This document shows positions 1 to 9,949 of a stretch of 64,000 nucleotides of DNA, piece after piece. The DNA lies in contig CBDBEZ010000134.1 of the NCBI GenBank assembly GCA_965204485.1, forward strand, positions 46,826 to 110,825, written 5' to 3'. The position numbers and the translations under genes were made by a program. A model generated the notes under the pieces. That model was not told where the DNA came from. It searched no databases and saw only the letters and a list, made by a program, of their open reading frames with translations. Each line of letters opens with the position of its first letter. The first letter of the stretch is position 1. Origin of the DNA: Verrucomicrobiales bacterium. Lineage in GTDB: Bacteria; Verrucomicrobiota; Verrucomicrobiia; Verrucomicrobiales; DEV007.

Positions 1-156
1 GCTTTTGGTATCGAGCCTGGCCCTGACCTTCAGGCCTCCCTTCGTCGTTGTGCTTCCAATCAACTCGACGATCGTCTGCAGGGTTGCCAGTGGCTCGCCT
101 TGCCAGTTCTGGGTGATGTAGCTGAAGAGACGGTGCTCGATCTTGTTCCACTTACG

Positions 157-444
157 CCTCTTCAGCAGAATCTGTGGGTGCCCAGGCGGCGCGATTCACC
201 TAGAATCCTGACCAGCAACAAGTTATATCCAATCTTAATGGGCATCAAAGTTGTGGCAACAAGCCAGCTGCCCATCCAAACCTCGGATTTGCGAGGACAA
301 CGCTTGCGCCGGGGCTGCCCCTGGTAGGGCTAAGCCCATGAAACAAGTAGTTTCAGCAGTTCTGGGGTCCAGGGGCAGCGGGACCCGGCGTCCAGCGTTC
401 CCGGAGCAAATCCGGAATTTCACCCACAAATTCTGCTGAAGACC
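157..444 (+). mobile_element. MITE-like non-autonomous element, copy 1 (about 288 bp, 21-bp terminal inverted repeats)
   Basis: TIR CTTCAGCAGAATCTGTGGGTG at 160-180; its reverse complement (1 mismatch) at 421-441. No credible ORF. About 98-99% identical to the inverted copy at 5398-5684. Splits the ISAzo13 transposase between ..GTSKW and NKIEHR.. Flanked by imperfect short direct repeats (CCACTTAC / CCACTTGC). Confidence 0.75.
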
Positions 445-644
445 CCCACTTGCTTGTCCCCGGCGGGAAGTGGCAGACGACCAACTTCAGCCCGGTCTCG
501 TTCGCCAACTCCTGGAGCGAAAGCTTCCAAAGCCGCGAGCGGTGGCTGTTGCTCCCACCGCCATCGGCGGTGATTAGCAGCCGACGGGCGTGGGGGAACC
601 GCGCAGAGCCCATTTCCGTCCACCACAACAGGATGCTGCGGGTC

Positions 645-2046
645 GAGAAATGACCGGAAGTTGTGGATGAGGGCGGTCGGGGCATCATGAAGAGTTCAAC
701 CATTACCAAACAACTGAACTCCAATGAAAACCACCAACCACCCTACCGAATCAGCATCTATCCTTCGCCAGGAAGGAGCAAGCACCGTCTGCCAGAACGC
801 CCTTGAGGCCACCCTGCGACAAGGAGCCCAAGTGCTTCTTCAGGCCGCCATCGACAACGAAATCTCCGACTACATTCAAGCCCATCAACATCAGCGTGAT
901 GACCAGGGTCATCGCCAAGTCGTTCGCAACGGCCATCTTCCTCAGCGACAACTTCAGACTGGAATAGGAAACGTTTCTGTTCGGCAGCCCAGGATCAATG
1001 ATCACCGATCAGGCCACCGATTCACGAGCGCCATCCTCCCGCCTTACCTCCGCCGAGTCGCTTCACTGGACAACCTCATCCCGGCACTCTACCTGCGAGG
1101 AATCTCAACCTCCGAGATGAGTCGAGCCTTAGAGCCGATCCTCGGTGAGAACGCATCGGGTCTTTCTGCAGCCAACATCGTTCGACGAGGAAGAGCAATG
1201 GGAGAAAGAACGCGAGCAATGGAGCAAGCGTGACCTCAGCGACAAGGAATACGTCTATCTCCGGGCCGACGGGATCTACTTCCATGTCAGGCTCAATGAC
1301 GACCGCCCATGTGTTCTCGTAATCGTCGGCTCCTTACCCGATGGAACCAAGGAATTGGTAACCATCAGCGATGGAGAACGAGAGAGCAAACTGTCCTGGA
1401 AAAATGTGCTCAGAGACCTCAAGAAACGAGGATTGAAGATCCCTCCGAAACTGAGTATCGCCGATGGAGCTCTCGGGTTCTGGAGCACCTTGGAAGAGGA
1501 ATATCCGACAAGCAAACAGCAACGATGTTGGGTGCACAAGACAGCCAACATCCTCGACAAGCTGCCGAAGAAAGCGCAGCCCCTTGCCAAGGAACGCATC
1601 CATGAAATCTACATGGCGGAAACAAAGAAAGCCGCCTTGGAAGCCTATGACGAGCTTCTCAAGCTCTACGAAGCCAAGTATCCGAAAGCGTGCGCCTGCC
1701 TGAAGAAAGACAAGGAAACTCTACTAACGTTCTACGACTTTCCAGCCGAGCACTGGAGACACATCCGGACGACAAACCCGATTGAGTCGACGTTTGCCAC
1801 GGTCCGCCATCGGACTCGACAAACCAAAGGGTGCGGATCGAGGAAAGCAACCCTTTCAATGGTCTACAAGCTCGGCCTGGAAGCCGAGAAAGGCTGGCGT
1901 CGACTCAACGGGTATCGTCAACTTGACAAAGTCGTGCAAGGAATCATCTTCGTGGACGGCATCGAGCAGCAAACCGCTGCCTAACCCATGATCGAACTTC
2001 GAATGGTGTTCCGACCGCCCTCATCCACAACTTCCGGTCATTTCTC
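645..2046 (+). mobile_element. IS256-family element (IS-E) copy 1, complete ends, 9-bp TSD
   Basis: TIRs GAGAAATGACCGGAAGTTGTGGATGAGGGCGGTCGG at 645 and inverted at 2046. Perfect direct repeat CTGCGGGTC at 636-644 and 2047-2055. Confidence 0.9.
724..1984 (+). pseudogene. IS256-family (mutator-type) transposase, frameshifted
   Basis: ORFs 724-1233 and 1145-1984 join around ..GLSAANIVR / EEEQWEKEREQWSKRDLSDKEYVYLRADGIYFHV. Motifs QQRCWVHKTANIL and TTNPIESTF are typical of IS256. The frame break near 1185-1195 has no slippery motif. Confidence 0.85.
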
Positions 2047-2892
2047 CTGCGGGTCGCGAATTGGGCCGTATCATGGTCGATTCCGACGCTAACCCAGCCC
2101 TGGTTGTTGAGCATATCGTAAACGCCGTAGGGGATTGCCTTGCCCAGGTCCTTGTCCTTGAAGTCATGCACGCGGACTTGCTCAGGGTTGTCTTTCGGCC
2201 TCCACTGCCTCCCGGCGTTCTTGAAATCGCCCACCAACTCCTTCTTCTTGGTGTCCACTGAGATTGCTGGCTGGCCGCAATGTTGGAAGCGACGCACCTG
2301 ATCGTTGATGTATTCGAACTGCCTGTTGCGGTCCGGGTGCTGTGCCCCTTCGCGGGTCTTGCGATTTGCCAGCAGACTATAGCCGGCCTTGCGCAGCAAC
2401 GCGGCAACAGTACGCGCACCGACCGGGTGGTTCTGAGATGTGAGTTCCCTGGCAAGCCTCTGAGTGCTCTTCAATGTCCAGCGCAATGGGGATTGAGGGT
2501 CGCCTCTACTGAGAGGATCAACTAGCCGCTCAAGAGCCCCAAGCAGTTCCGGATCGGTCTCGGTCACCGGCTTGCGCCCGCCCCCGAAGCCGACGGATGC
2601 GTCCGTCGGCTTCGGGTGCCGTGTAGTCGCCGCGCCGTAACTGCTTGATGCCCTCAGTGATCGTCGTCCGCGACATCGATGTCGCAAGAGAAACTGCGGA
2701 TACGCCGCCCCAACCCAATTCCATGGCCGCCGCCGCCGCCCAACACCTCCGGGCCCGCTCGTCCATGAGGTGGCTCAGGGAATCGAACTTCCGGCGAATG
2801 CTTTCGACAACGGAACTGACAGGCATGGCACTGACAGTAGCATGGAAATAAGGTTGAGAAACTTTAAATTGTTCATTTTATTTTTGCGCCAT

Positions 2893-3124
2893 TCCTATGG
2901 GCAGTGTTCGAAGTGTCCGAGGGACTGCTGACCGAAGAGACAAAACAGGAGATGGTAGCGCGAGTCAGAGAATTGATCGTTCGGGAGGCAATACCGAAAA
3001 GACGACAAAGGAGTTGCCCGCGCAAAGTCCGCCAACCGGTGACGAGTTGGCTTAGGCTAACAGAAAACGACTCTCGTGAGGGCGAGTTCCTGCTGGAGAT
3101 TGTTAGCTTTCCCTAAAGGCATTG
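2893..3124 (+). mobile_element. IS-A (IS4 family) right-end fragment, truncated by the ISAzo13-like element
   Basis: Near-identical to the last ~230 bp of IS-A (compare 36855-37087). Encodes ..FEVSEGLLTEETKQEMVARVRELIV..EIVSFP and ends with the IS-A terminus CTTTCCCTAAAGGCATTG at 3124. Confidence 0.85.
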
Positions 3125-3189
3125 GTCCTAACCATCGCCACCTCTCCGCGCCCGTCGCAACCTTTCCCCTCGGGCCTTGCTGGGATCGC

Positions 3190-4785
3190 CTACAACTGGA
3201 TGGCCCGAGCCTGGTGAACTCCCGGGATCTCTTCCAGCAGCCGTAGGACTTCCTCGGAAGGCACCGAATCCACATTGATCACCGTCATGGCAAGCTCGCC
3301 CACCGTGTTCCGGCTCAGGGACATGTTGCCGATATTCACCTGGTGCTCGCCCAGAAGGCTGCCCACCTGACCCACCCTTCCCGGCGTGTCTTCGTTCGTC
3401 AGGAGAAGCAGGCAACCCGCCGGTCCCGCCTCCACGCGATGATCACTGATCTTGACGATCCGCGGACTGTTGCCGAAGAACGTGCCCGCCACGCGAGCCT
3501 CGCCATTGTCCGCCTTCACGGTCACCTCGATGAGATCAGTGAACTCGGTAGGGCTTGGCGAGTGGGATTCCGTCACGCGAATGCCCTGGGTCTCAGCAAA
3601 GCCGGGAGCGTTGATGTGATTGACGGCGTTGGGATCGCACGAGGACTGCAGATAACCCTTGAGAGCGGAGCGGGTGATGAGCGTCGTGTCCATCTCACTG
3701 ACCTTGCCGCTGTAATCAATGCGAAGGGTGTGAGGCCGACCCGGAGCAAGCTGGGCGACCAGCAGCCCCAGCTTCTCCGCGAATTCCAGATAGCGCCCGA
3801 TCGCCGCCACCGTTTTCTCATCGATGTTGGGCATGTTCATCGCATTGATGACCGTGCCTTCCTTCAGATGCGCCCCAACGGTTCGAGCGATCTCGATCCC
3901 CACATTTTCCTGAGCCTCCGACGTCGAGGCGCCCAGGTGTGGCGTGAGAACCGCGTGATCGGAATCCCGCAGACAGAAATCGTCTCCCGGCGGCTCGGTC
4001 TCGTAGACGTCCAGCGCCACTCCCGCCACCACGCCTTCATCGATGGCGCACCGGACGGCGCCATCGTCTAACAAACCGCCGCGCGCGCAATTGACGATGC
4101 GCACGCCCTTCTTAAGCTTGGCGATGCGCTCGGCGTTGAGGATGTGCTTCGTCTCCGGCGTCATCGGCATGTGAAGCGTGATGAAATCGGCGTCCTGCAC
4201 GGCCTCCTCGACGGTATCGACCAGTTCCACGCGCAAGAGCCGCGCCCGGCTGGATGAGAGATAGGGATCGTAGGCCACCACCCGCATGCCAAAGGCCATG
4301 GCTCGGCGGGCGAACTCGGTTCCGATGCGGCCCATTCCCAAGACCGCCAGTGTCTTGTTGTAGAGCTCGGCGCCCTGAAACTTTTTCCGGTCCCAACGCC
4401 CCTCGCGCATGCTGGCATGTGCCTGAGGAATGTGACGTGCCAGGGAAAGCATCAGTGTGAAGGCGTGCTCCGCGGTGGAAATCGTGTTTCCCGCAGGCGT
4501 GTTCATCACCACCACACCGGCAGCGGAGGCCGCCGCCACATCGATGTTGTCCACGCCCACCCCCGCCCGGCCCACGACCTTGAGGGAAGTCGCCTTGTTG
4601 ATCACGCCGGCGGTGATCTTCGTCTGGCTGCGCACAATGATCGCGTGATAGCGACCGGCCTGACTCAACAGATCCTCCGGTGAGATCCCAATCTGCACAT
4701 CCACCTCGAATTCAGGCTCCGCCTGCAGTTCTTCAATGCCTCTCGGCGAGATGGGATCCGCGATCAGGATGCGATGCTTGTTCAT
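3190..4785 (-). CDS. serA: D-3-phosphoglycerate dehydrogenase (long form with C-terminal regulatory/ACT-like region)
   Basis: 531-aa ORF. NAD-binding VLGMGRIGTEFARRA, NCARGGLLD, TPHLGASTSEAQ motifs of 2-hydroxyacid dehydrogenases, plus a ~200-aa C-terminal extension typical of SerA. Confidence 0.92.
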   Translation of the reverse strand: MNKHRILIADPISPRGIEELQAEPEFEVDVQIGISPEDLLSQAGRYHAIIVRSQTKITAGVINKATSLKVVGRAGVGVDNIDVAAASAAGVVVMNTPAGNTISTAEHAFTLMLSLARHIPQAHASMREGRWDRKKFQGAELYNKTLAVLGMGRIGTEFARRAMAFGMRVVAYDPYLSSSRARLLRVELVDTVEEAVQDADFITLHMPMTPETKHILNAERIAKLKKGVRIVNCARGGLLDDGAVRCAIDEGVVAGVALDVYETEPPGDDFCLRDSDHAVLTPHLGASTSEAQENVGIEIARTVGAHLKEGTVINAMNMPNIDEKTVAAIGRYLEFAEKLGLLVAQLAPGRPHTLRIDYSGKVSEMDTTLITRSALKGYLQSSCDPNAVNHINAPGFAETQGIRVTESHSPSPTEFTDLIEVTVKADNGEARVAGTFFGNSPRIVKISDHRVEAGPAGCLLLLTNEDTPGRVGQVGSLLGEHQVNIGNMSLSRNTVGELAMTVINVDSVPSEEVLRLLEEIPGVHQARAIQL

Positions 4786-4815
4786 AACAGGGATGCGCAG
4801 CTTAGTGAAGACCCG

Positions 4816-5847
4816 TCAGGCGTCAAAGGGAGATTCCCGGACCTCCACCCGACTGCCCCGAGGCGCGGCCAAGGCCAAGGCGCAGTCGGGCTCGACCCGC
4901 AGGAAATGTAGTTCCCATGCCTCACTACGGCCCCCCGGAATGGGCACCTCCACCGCCGCCAAACCGGGTTCCACGGGACCCACCACGCAAACTTCCACCG
5001 GCGCCACCTGCAGCCAAAGTCCTTGAGGAAGGCCTCCTTTCCCGTCCAGAGACCGAGAAAGGCGCAGCGGCGCTCCGCTTTGCCCTCCTCAAGGCAATCT
5101 AACATTTCCACTTCACGGAGATGGCATACCTGTGGCACCAGCTCAAGCAAGGCTCCCGCACCCGATCCGGTCTCGATATCGATGCCAATCTCCGTCCCAT
5201 GGGCGAAGGCCGAGGCAAACCACTCGCTGGAATGGGAGAGGTTGAATCGCCAGGGCGAGCCGGCCACTTCCGGCTTCCCGTAAGGCCCCTCAACCAGGCG
5301 GATCGTCTCTGGCGCTCGCGCCAGATAGAGGCCTAACTGACGACGAAGCAACGCTCGGCCGAGAATGTAGCGGTGCCGATCTCTCTCAAAATGAAGGGTC
5401 TTCAGCAGAATCTGTGGGTGAAATTCCGGATTTGCTCCGGGAACGCTGGACGCCGGGTCCCGCTGCCCCTGGACCCCAGAACTGCTGAAACTACTTGTTT
5501 CATGGGCTGAGCCCTACCAGGGGCAGCCCCGGCGCAAGCGTTGTCCTCGCAAATCCGAGGTTTGGATGGGCAACTGGCTTGTTGCCACAACTTTGATGCC
5601 CATTAAGATTGGATATAACTTGTTGCTGGTCAGGATTCTAGGTGAATCGCGCCGCCTGGGCACCCACAGATTCTGCTGAAGAGGCAAAATGAAAGGCCTC
5701 CGCTCGCTCACGTTCGGCTCTTGAGAGCAGCGCGATGCTCTCTGCGGGATCACCTTCCAGCCGGGCCACATGGACGGTGGCCGTCACGGGTTCGCTCCCG
5801 CCCGCCTCCATGCTCCATCCCTTGGCTCCGGCTACGCTGGTCGTCAT
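4816..5847 (-). pseudogene. Sfp-type 4'-phosphopantetheinyl transferase, disrupted by MITE copy 2 and by a frameshift
   Basis: N-terminus ..VHVARLEGD..LSRAERERAEAFHF is followed, after the MITE, by ERDRHRYILGRALLRRQL..FNLSHSSEW..IGIDIE..WTGKEAFLK. After about 5015 the ORF turns into an implausible W-rich frame. A second frame continues as LQVAPVEVCVVGP..WELHFLRVEPDCALALAA to a stop at 4816. Confidence 0.65.
5398..5684 (-). mobile_element. MITE-like element, copy 2 (inverted relative to copy 1), inside the PPTase gene
   Basis: Perfect 21-bp TIRs at 5401-5421 and 5661-5681. Flanked by a near-duplicate CAAAATGAAGG / CAAAATGAAAGG. Interrupts the PPTase reading frame at EAFHF|ERDRHRY. Confidence 0.75.
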
Positions 5848-5979
5848 GTCAGGACGCTACGCTCCGTCAATCCACGCCAAGCGCGGGCTGCTCGAGGTAC
5901 TCACCCACGGCGGGAAACGATTCTCGCCACTCGCGCAGTCTGTCCAGGTCCAGGCGGGTGAAATCGCGGATCTTGCACC

Positions 5980-6373
5980 TTAGGCGGCGCGCAGATCCCA
6001 AGCTTCTTCCTGGTAGCGGTGCCACACCTGGTCCCACTGGCCGGATTGCTTGATGACGCGGAGATTGAGCACGTTGCCGCCGCTTTCCCGATTCCATCGC
6101 ATGCCGCTTTGGCACATCCGGGCCTTGACGATGGTCTTGCAGGCAGCTTCCACCGGCCCGCTGCCTATCGGAAGGCCAATCGCGTAGTAGATGGCGTGGT
6201 TCATGATCTCCTGATTGCGGGTGAAGAAGCCGATCTCTTGTTCGGCTTTTCGAAGCCTTTCCCCTCGTAGTCGGTTTTTGATCCGATGGAGCCTGGCAGA
6301 TCGGATCAACCCTTTGATTGCTCCTTCTTCGTCGCGCAGTTTGCGCCGCCACCTGTCATACCACGTCTTGGCC
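5980..6373 (-). pseudogene. ISKra4-like transposase C-terminal fragment, 5'-truncated by IS-B copy 1
   Basis: Translation ..YYAIGLPIGSGPVEAACKTIVKARMCQSGMRWNRESGGNVLNLRVIKQSGQWDQVW matches my recollection of the conserved ISKra4-family C-terminus. The frame runs straight into the IS-B terminus at 6374. Confidence 0.55.
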
Positions 6374-6609
6374 CAGCGATTCCGTAAGACGGCGTCGGAA
6401 AGAGTCGTAATGGCCTGAATTGGTGGGTGTTGAGCGTGTTGAAGCTGGCGCTAAGAGGGCGAACAGTTTCGTGTGGCGGTTCTCGGGCGAATTTCGGAGG
6501 GCTCGAGCCGCGAAATGGATCCCCCTGTCGGCAATAGGCAACAGGAAGCCAGACCGCTCCGATGACGGACGTGAACCCAAGGTTACCGAGAGCGCAGGGC
6601 GGGCGTTCC

Positions 6610-9261
6610 TCAGCCCGGAGCCGGTGGCGGCCACCATCGATCCTCTCGCATGGAGGCGGCGATTTGACGGGCAAAATAGATGGCCGTGTGTCCACGGCGT
6701 ATCTCTGGCTTCAAGTTGCGTTTGTGGAAGCAGTGGAACACGGCGTGGGCCATGAACATGATCAGCCACAGAACGAGAATGGAATTGGGATGATGATGAT
6801 AGCAATGACCGGAATGCCAGCGGGAGCAGAGTTCGTTAAAGCCTTCGTTTTCGACCTTCCAACGGTCGTGCCCGAAATGGAAGATGGTCTTGGCATCGGC
6901 CATTGAGCGGGGCATGGTCGTCGCCCACCACCAGTGGCTATCGATGGGAGTCTCGACCCAATCCCCAGCGACGCGCTCGCGACGGATGCCAGTCTCATGG
7001 GAATGAACAACGCGAAGAGGAGTGTGAATGGATTCAGTGCAGAAGCCCTCAGCCTCTTGTAAATGAACGTGCCGCGCGGGCTTGCCCGGTGCAGCCGGAG
7101 TCTCAAATGATTCTGGCTCTTGCTCCTCAAGGGGCAGGAGCGTGCGGGCTTCGGACAATAGCTCAGGCTGATTATCCTTGAGTACGGCAACAAGGTATTT
7201 GCCGTGGTCTTCAAGAAGATTGATCACGGAGGGACGCAGGTAGAGCGCATCGGCGGTGAGCACGTCAAAGCAGCGTGGGTGGTCCTTAAGGACAATGCCT
7301 TTAGGGAAAGCTAACAATTTCCAGCAGGAACTCGCCCTCACGAGAGTCGTTTTCTGTTAGCCTAGGCCAACTCGTCACCGGTTGGCGGACTTTGCGCGGG
7401 CAACTCCTTTGTCGTCTTTTCGGTATTGCCTCCCGAACGATCAATTCTCTGACTCGCGCTACCATCTCCTGTTTTGTCTCTTCGGTCAGCAGTCCCTCGG
7501 ACACTTCGAACACTGCCCATAGTGAATTCATTTTGTCGAGCGTCTTCAGGAAACTGATGCTCAACGGCTGGATGTTGCCGCTTTTCGCGGCTTCGCATCG
7601 CTCCTGCGCGATGATCGAGCAGGCCATGAGCAATGCCGCCACCTCCTGGGCCGCTGTTTCTGGCGTATGGCTATGAAGAACGTCATTCCCGCGCATGTGG
7701 AGCTTGAGTTCCTTGTAGAATATCTCGTGTTCCCAGCGCAGGGCATAGAGCTCCAGCAATTCCTGCGCCGGATACTCCTGCTCATCAATAAGCGTCGTCC
7801 ATAGCTTCACCTCGCTCCACTGTCGTGCCCCCGGCTTCCTGATCCGGCCTCGAATCTCACAGATACGGATCTCCCCTTGATTCTCTCGCGGCCCATCAGC
7901 CTTCTTTCTGGGCACCCTGATGCTGACCAGCGCGCTTCCATCGGAGAGCCTTTCAGTCTTATGGCTCTTGTTGCTGCCGCGTGCCTTCACCAACAATTCA
8001 CTATGTGCCGGCCCGGCATGATTTCACGAGTTCGTCGAGATACTTCCCGCAACCGTAAAGCCGGTCGACAATCAGCAGACCTCCTCTTCGGCAGACTCCC
8101 GAGAAGTTCTTTGGCCAGGGTCCATTCGCCTTCTCCTTTCAGGCCGACCGTCGCCGCCAACGGGTTGTGGATGCCAAGTTCCACGAGCGCGCACATCTCT
8201 ATTTTCGCAAAGGCGGCGGTCATTCTCCTGGAGGCCGCCTTGCTCATGGCAGCCAGAACCTGCGGCGTGTTCGTGACGCTCCATTTCGAGCCATCGATCC
8301 CGCACAGGCGTAGCCCCTTGTAGAAACATCCCTTGTGTACGCGTCCATCGGCGAGGGGCTTTAAACACCTGCTTCATGAGCCAAGCGAATGGCTCAAGCC
8401 CCATCCTCTGGCGCCGTTCCGAGAGCGAACTATCCTTGATCACCACCTCGAACAACTGGAACACATGGGCCGAGAAATGGCCAGCATCACTGATCACGTG
8501 ATAGACCAGGGAGGCGAGAAGATCCTAGGCCGGCAGCTTGGGGTTGGGGCCGCGGCCTGGGTTCTGCAAGCGTTCGAAGCGACCGCGAACGAATCCGAAA
8601 AGATGTTCGAACTGACCAAGGAAACCGCTAACTTGATTGGGATGGGAGTGAGGCATCCACCCCAATTATAACTATTATGGTAAAATGCAACATTTATCTA
8701 AAATATTTTGGATCTTTCCCTAAAGGCATTGTCCTTAAGGACGCGAGTTATCAGCCGTATAGCCGCAGCGACTTCGTCGTCTCCAGGATCTCCGTCTTCA
8801 CCAGGCTCAAGCATTTCCACGTCGAGAAGCAATTGAAAATCCTCACAGATAATCTGAAACGCGACCAAGCGGTGGTAGAACTGTGTTTTGACCTCGTCTC
8901 CGACGGCGATCCGGCGTTGGAGACACTTTGGACAACAACGTTTGTAGCTACAGTGAGTTTCGTGACCATCGACGGCGGCAAGCATCCAACCGCGCTGTGG
9001 GGCAAGGATTTTGTTGCGTTTGAGGCAGAAGTAAATGTGTCCGAGACACCCTCGCACACTGTCAGGCTCGATGCGCTCGGAGACATACGCCAGTTCGTCG
9101 GCGCTGGGCAAACGGTGATTACCGAGCCAACGGGTCCAGCTGCTCTTGTTCCGGTGTTGCTCGAGTTCGTTGAAGCTTGGTAACCGGCAGCAGAACATGG
9201 CGAAGAATGCTGCCGGGAAAACTCGAGTGGGAATCTGTGGTTTGGGACGAGAGTCACGCAC
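6610..9261 (-). pseudogene. IS-B DDE transposase split by the IS-A insertion
   Basis: The C-terminal part (to 7292) and N-terminal part (8742-9261) together reproduce the 400-aa protein of 16766-17968. The break falls at ..RVLKD|HPRCFD. Confidence 0.9.
7293..8731 (-). mobile_element. IS-A (IS4 family) copy nested in IS-B copy 1; transposase defective
   Basis: Ends CAATGCCTTTAGGGAAAG / CTTTCCCTAAAGGCATTG. Perfect 10-bp TSD TCCTTAAGGA at 7283-7292 and 8732-8741. The transposase carries a TAG in place of a Trp codon (about 8524-8526) plus frameshifts (ORFs 7301-7996 and 8072-8497). Confidence 0.9.
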
Positions 9262-9308
9262 CCGCAGCCTCCACTGTTGGCGGAGGCTGAAAATCTTGTC
9301 CGCGTAAG

Positions 9309-9767
9309 TTAGTAGTCGCGTGAGAATGGTCGCTTCTTTTTTGGTGGAGAATTGCGCCCGGACTTGGCTTTGCCGGCTGATTTCTTACCGGTCTTGCCCT
9401 TCTTCTTGGCGGAGCTACTCGCCGCTCTGGCCTTGGTTTTTGCCTCCTCGAGTCGGAGGCGCCCCTGCTCGTCGAGGGCTTCCAGCAGAGCATTCGCCTT
9501 CTGGAAATCATCGATCCAGCGTCTCGCCTGAGCTTCCAACGGTCTGGGGACGTGCAGCATGGTGGTCTTGCCCTTGCGAGTCTGACCGATGGCCAAGGAG
9601 CGATGGCGCAAGGAGTCGTCGGAAGCGCAACGGCAAGTGGGCTTGCCGCATTTACGAGAGAGTTCGATGGGCGAGCCGTGAAGGAAGCCTTCGGCCTGGT
9701 CGAGGAGCTGGCGGAGGCGGCTGCGAATCTGGCGTTCGGTGGGGGGCAGGGAGTTTCTGCTTGGCAT
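9309..9767 (-). CDS. IS-B orfA, DUF6788-like small protein (152 aa from the Met at 9767)
   Basis: Identical architecture to 16260-16718: GSPIELSRKCGKPTCRCASDD..GKTTMLHVP, then a coiled region and a Lys-rich tail. Confidence 0.7.
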   Translation of the reverse strand: MPSRNSLPPTERQIRSRLRQLLDQAEGFLHGSPIELSRKCGKPTCRCASDDSLRHRSLAIGQTRKGKTTMLHVPRPLEAQARRWIDDFQKANALLEALDEQGRLRLEEAKTKARAASSSAKKKGKTGKKSAGKAKSGRNSPPKKKRPFSRDY

Positions 9768-9949
9768 GAAGGTCGGCTCGTTCGGCGAACTGTAATATAA
9801 GACTATTACAGAAACAAGCTTAAAAAAGATGAAATAACGAATGCGGATTTGCCATGGGGTCAAAAATAGGCGCCGCCGATCCGAATTACCCAAAATACAG
9901 GGCTTGAGCCGCCTCAGCCGCCTATCTTACGGAATCGCTGACGGCGTGG

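Larger units (their letters stand above)
1..2894 (-). mobile_element. ISAzo13-family IS remnant (runs off window start) interrupted by a MITE (157-444) and an IS256-like element (645-2046); transposase is a pseudogene
   Basis: Minus-strand translation gives LLITADGGGSNSHRSRLWK..VVCHFPPGTSKW then, across the MITE, NKIEHRLFSYITQNWQGEPLATLQTIVELIG. This is the hallmark C-terminal block of ISAzo13-type transposases. The N-terminal part (2046-2826) resumes exactly after the IS256 copy, with an extra frameshift near 2590. Confidence 0.8.
6374..9940 (-). mobile_element. IS-B copy 1 (both ends present) carrying a nested IS-A
   Basis: Termini CAGCGATTCCGTAAGA at 6374 and inverted at 9940. Collinear with the intact copy at 16086-18204 apart from the IS-A insertion at 7293-8731. 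No flanking TSD. Confidence 0.9.

Noticed and set aside
1140-1235. Programmed ribosomal frameshift in the IS256-like transposase
   Set aside because: There is no A-rich or other slippery heptamer and no obvious downstream structure at the overlap. Alignment logic suggests a simple 2-nt loss or 1-nt gain. It is kept only as an alternative in the corresponding finding.
6363-9949. Possible 9-bp TSD for IS-B copy 1 (ACGTCTTGG near 6363 against ACGGCGTGG at 9941)
   Set aside because: Only 7 of 9 positions match, and the left match is offset 2 bp from the terminus. This is not a credible duplication.
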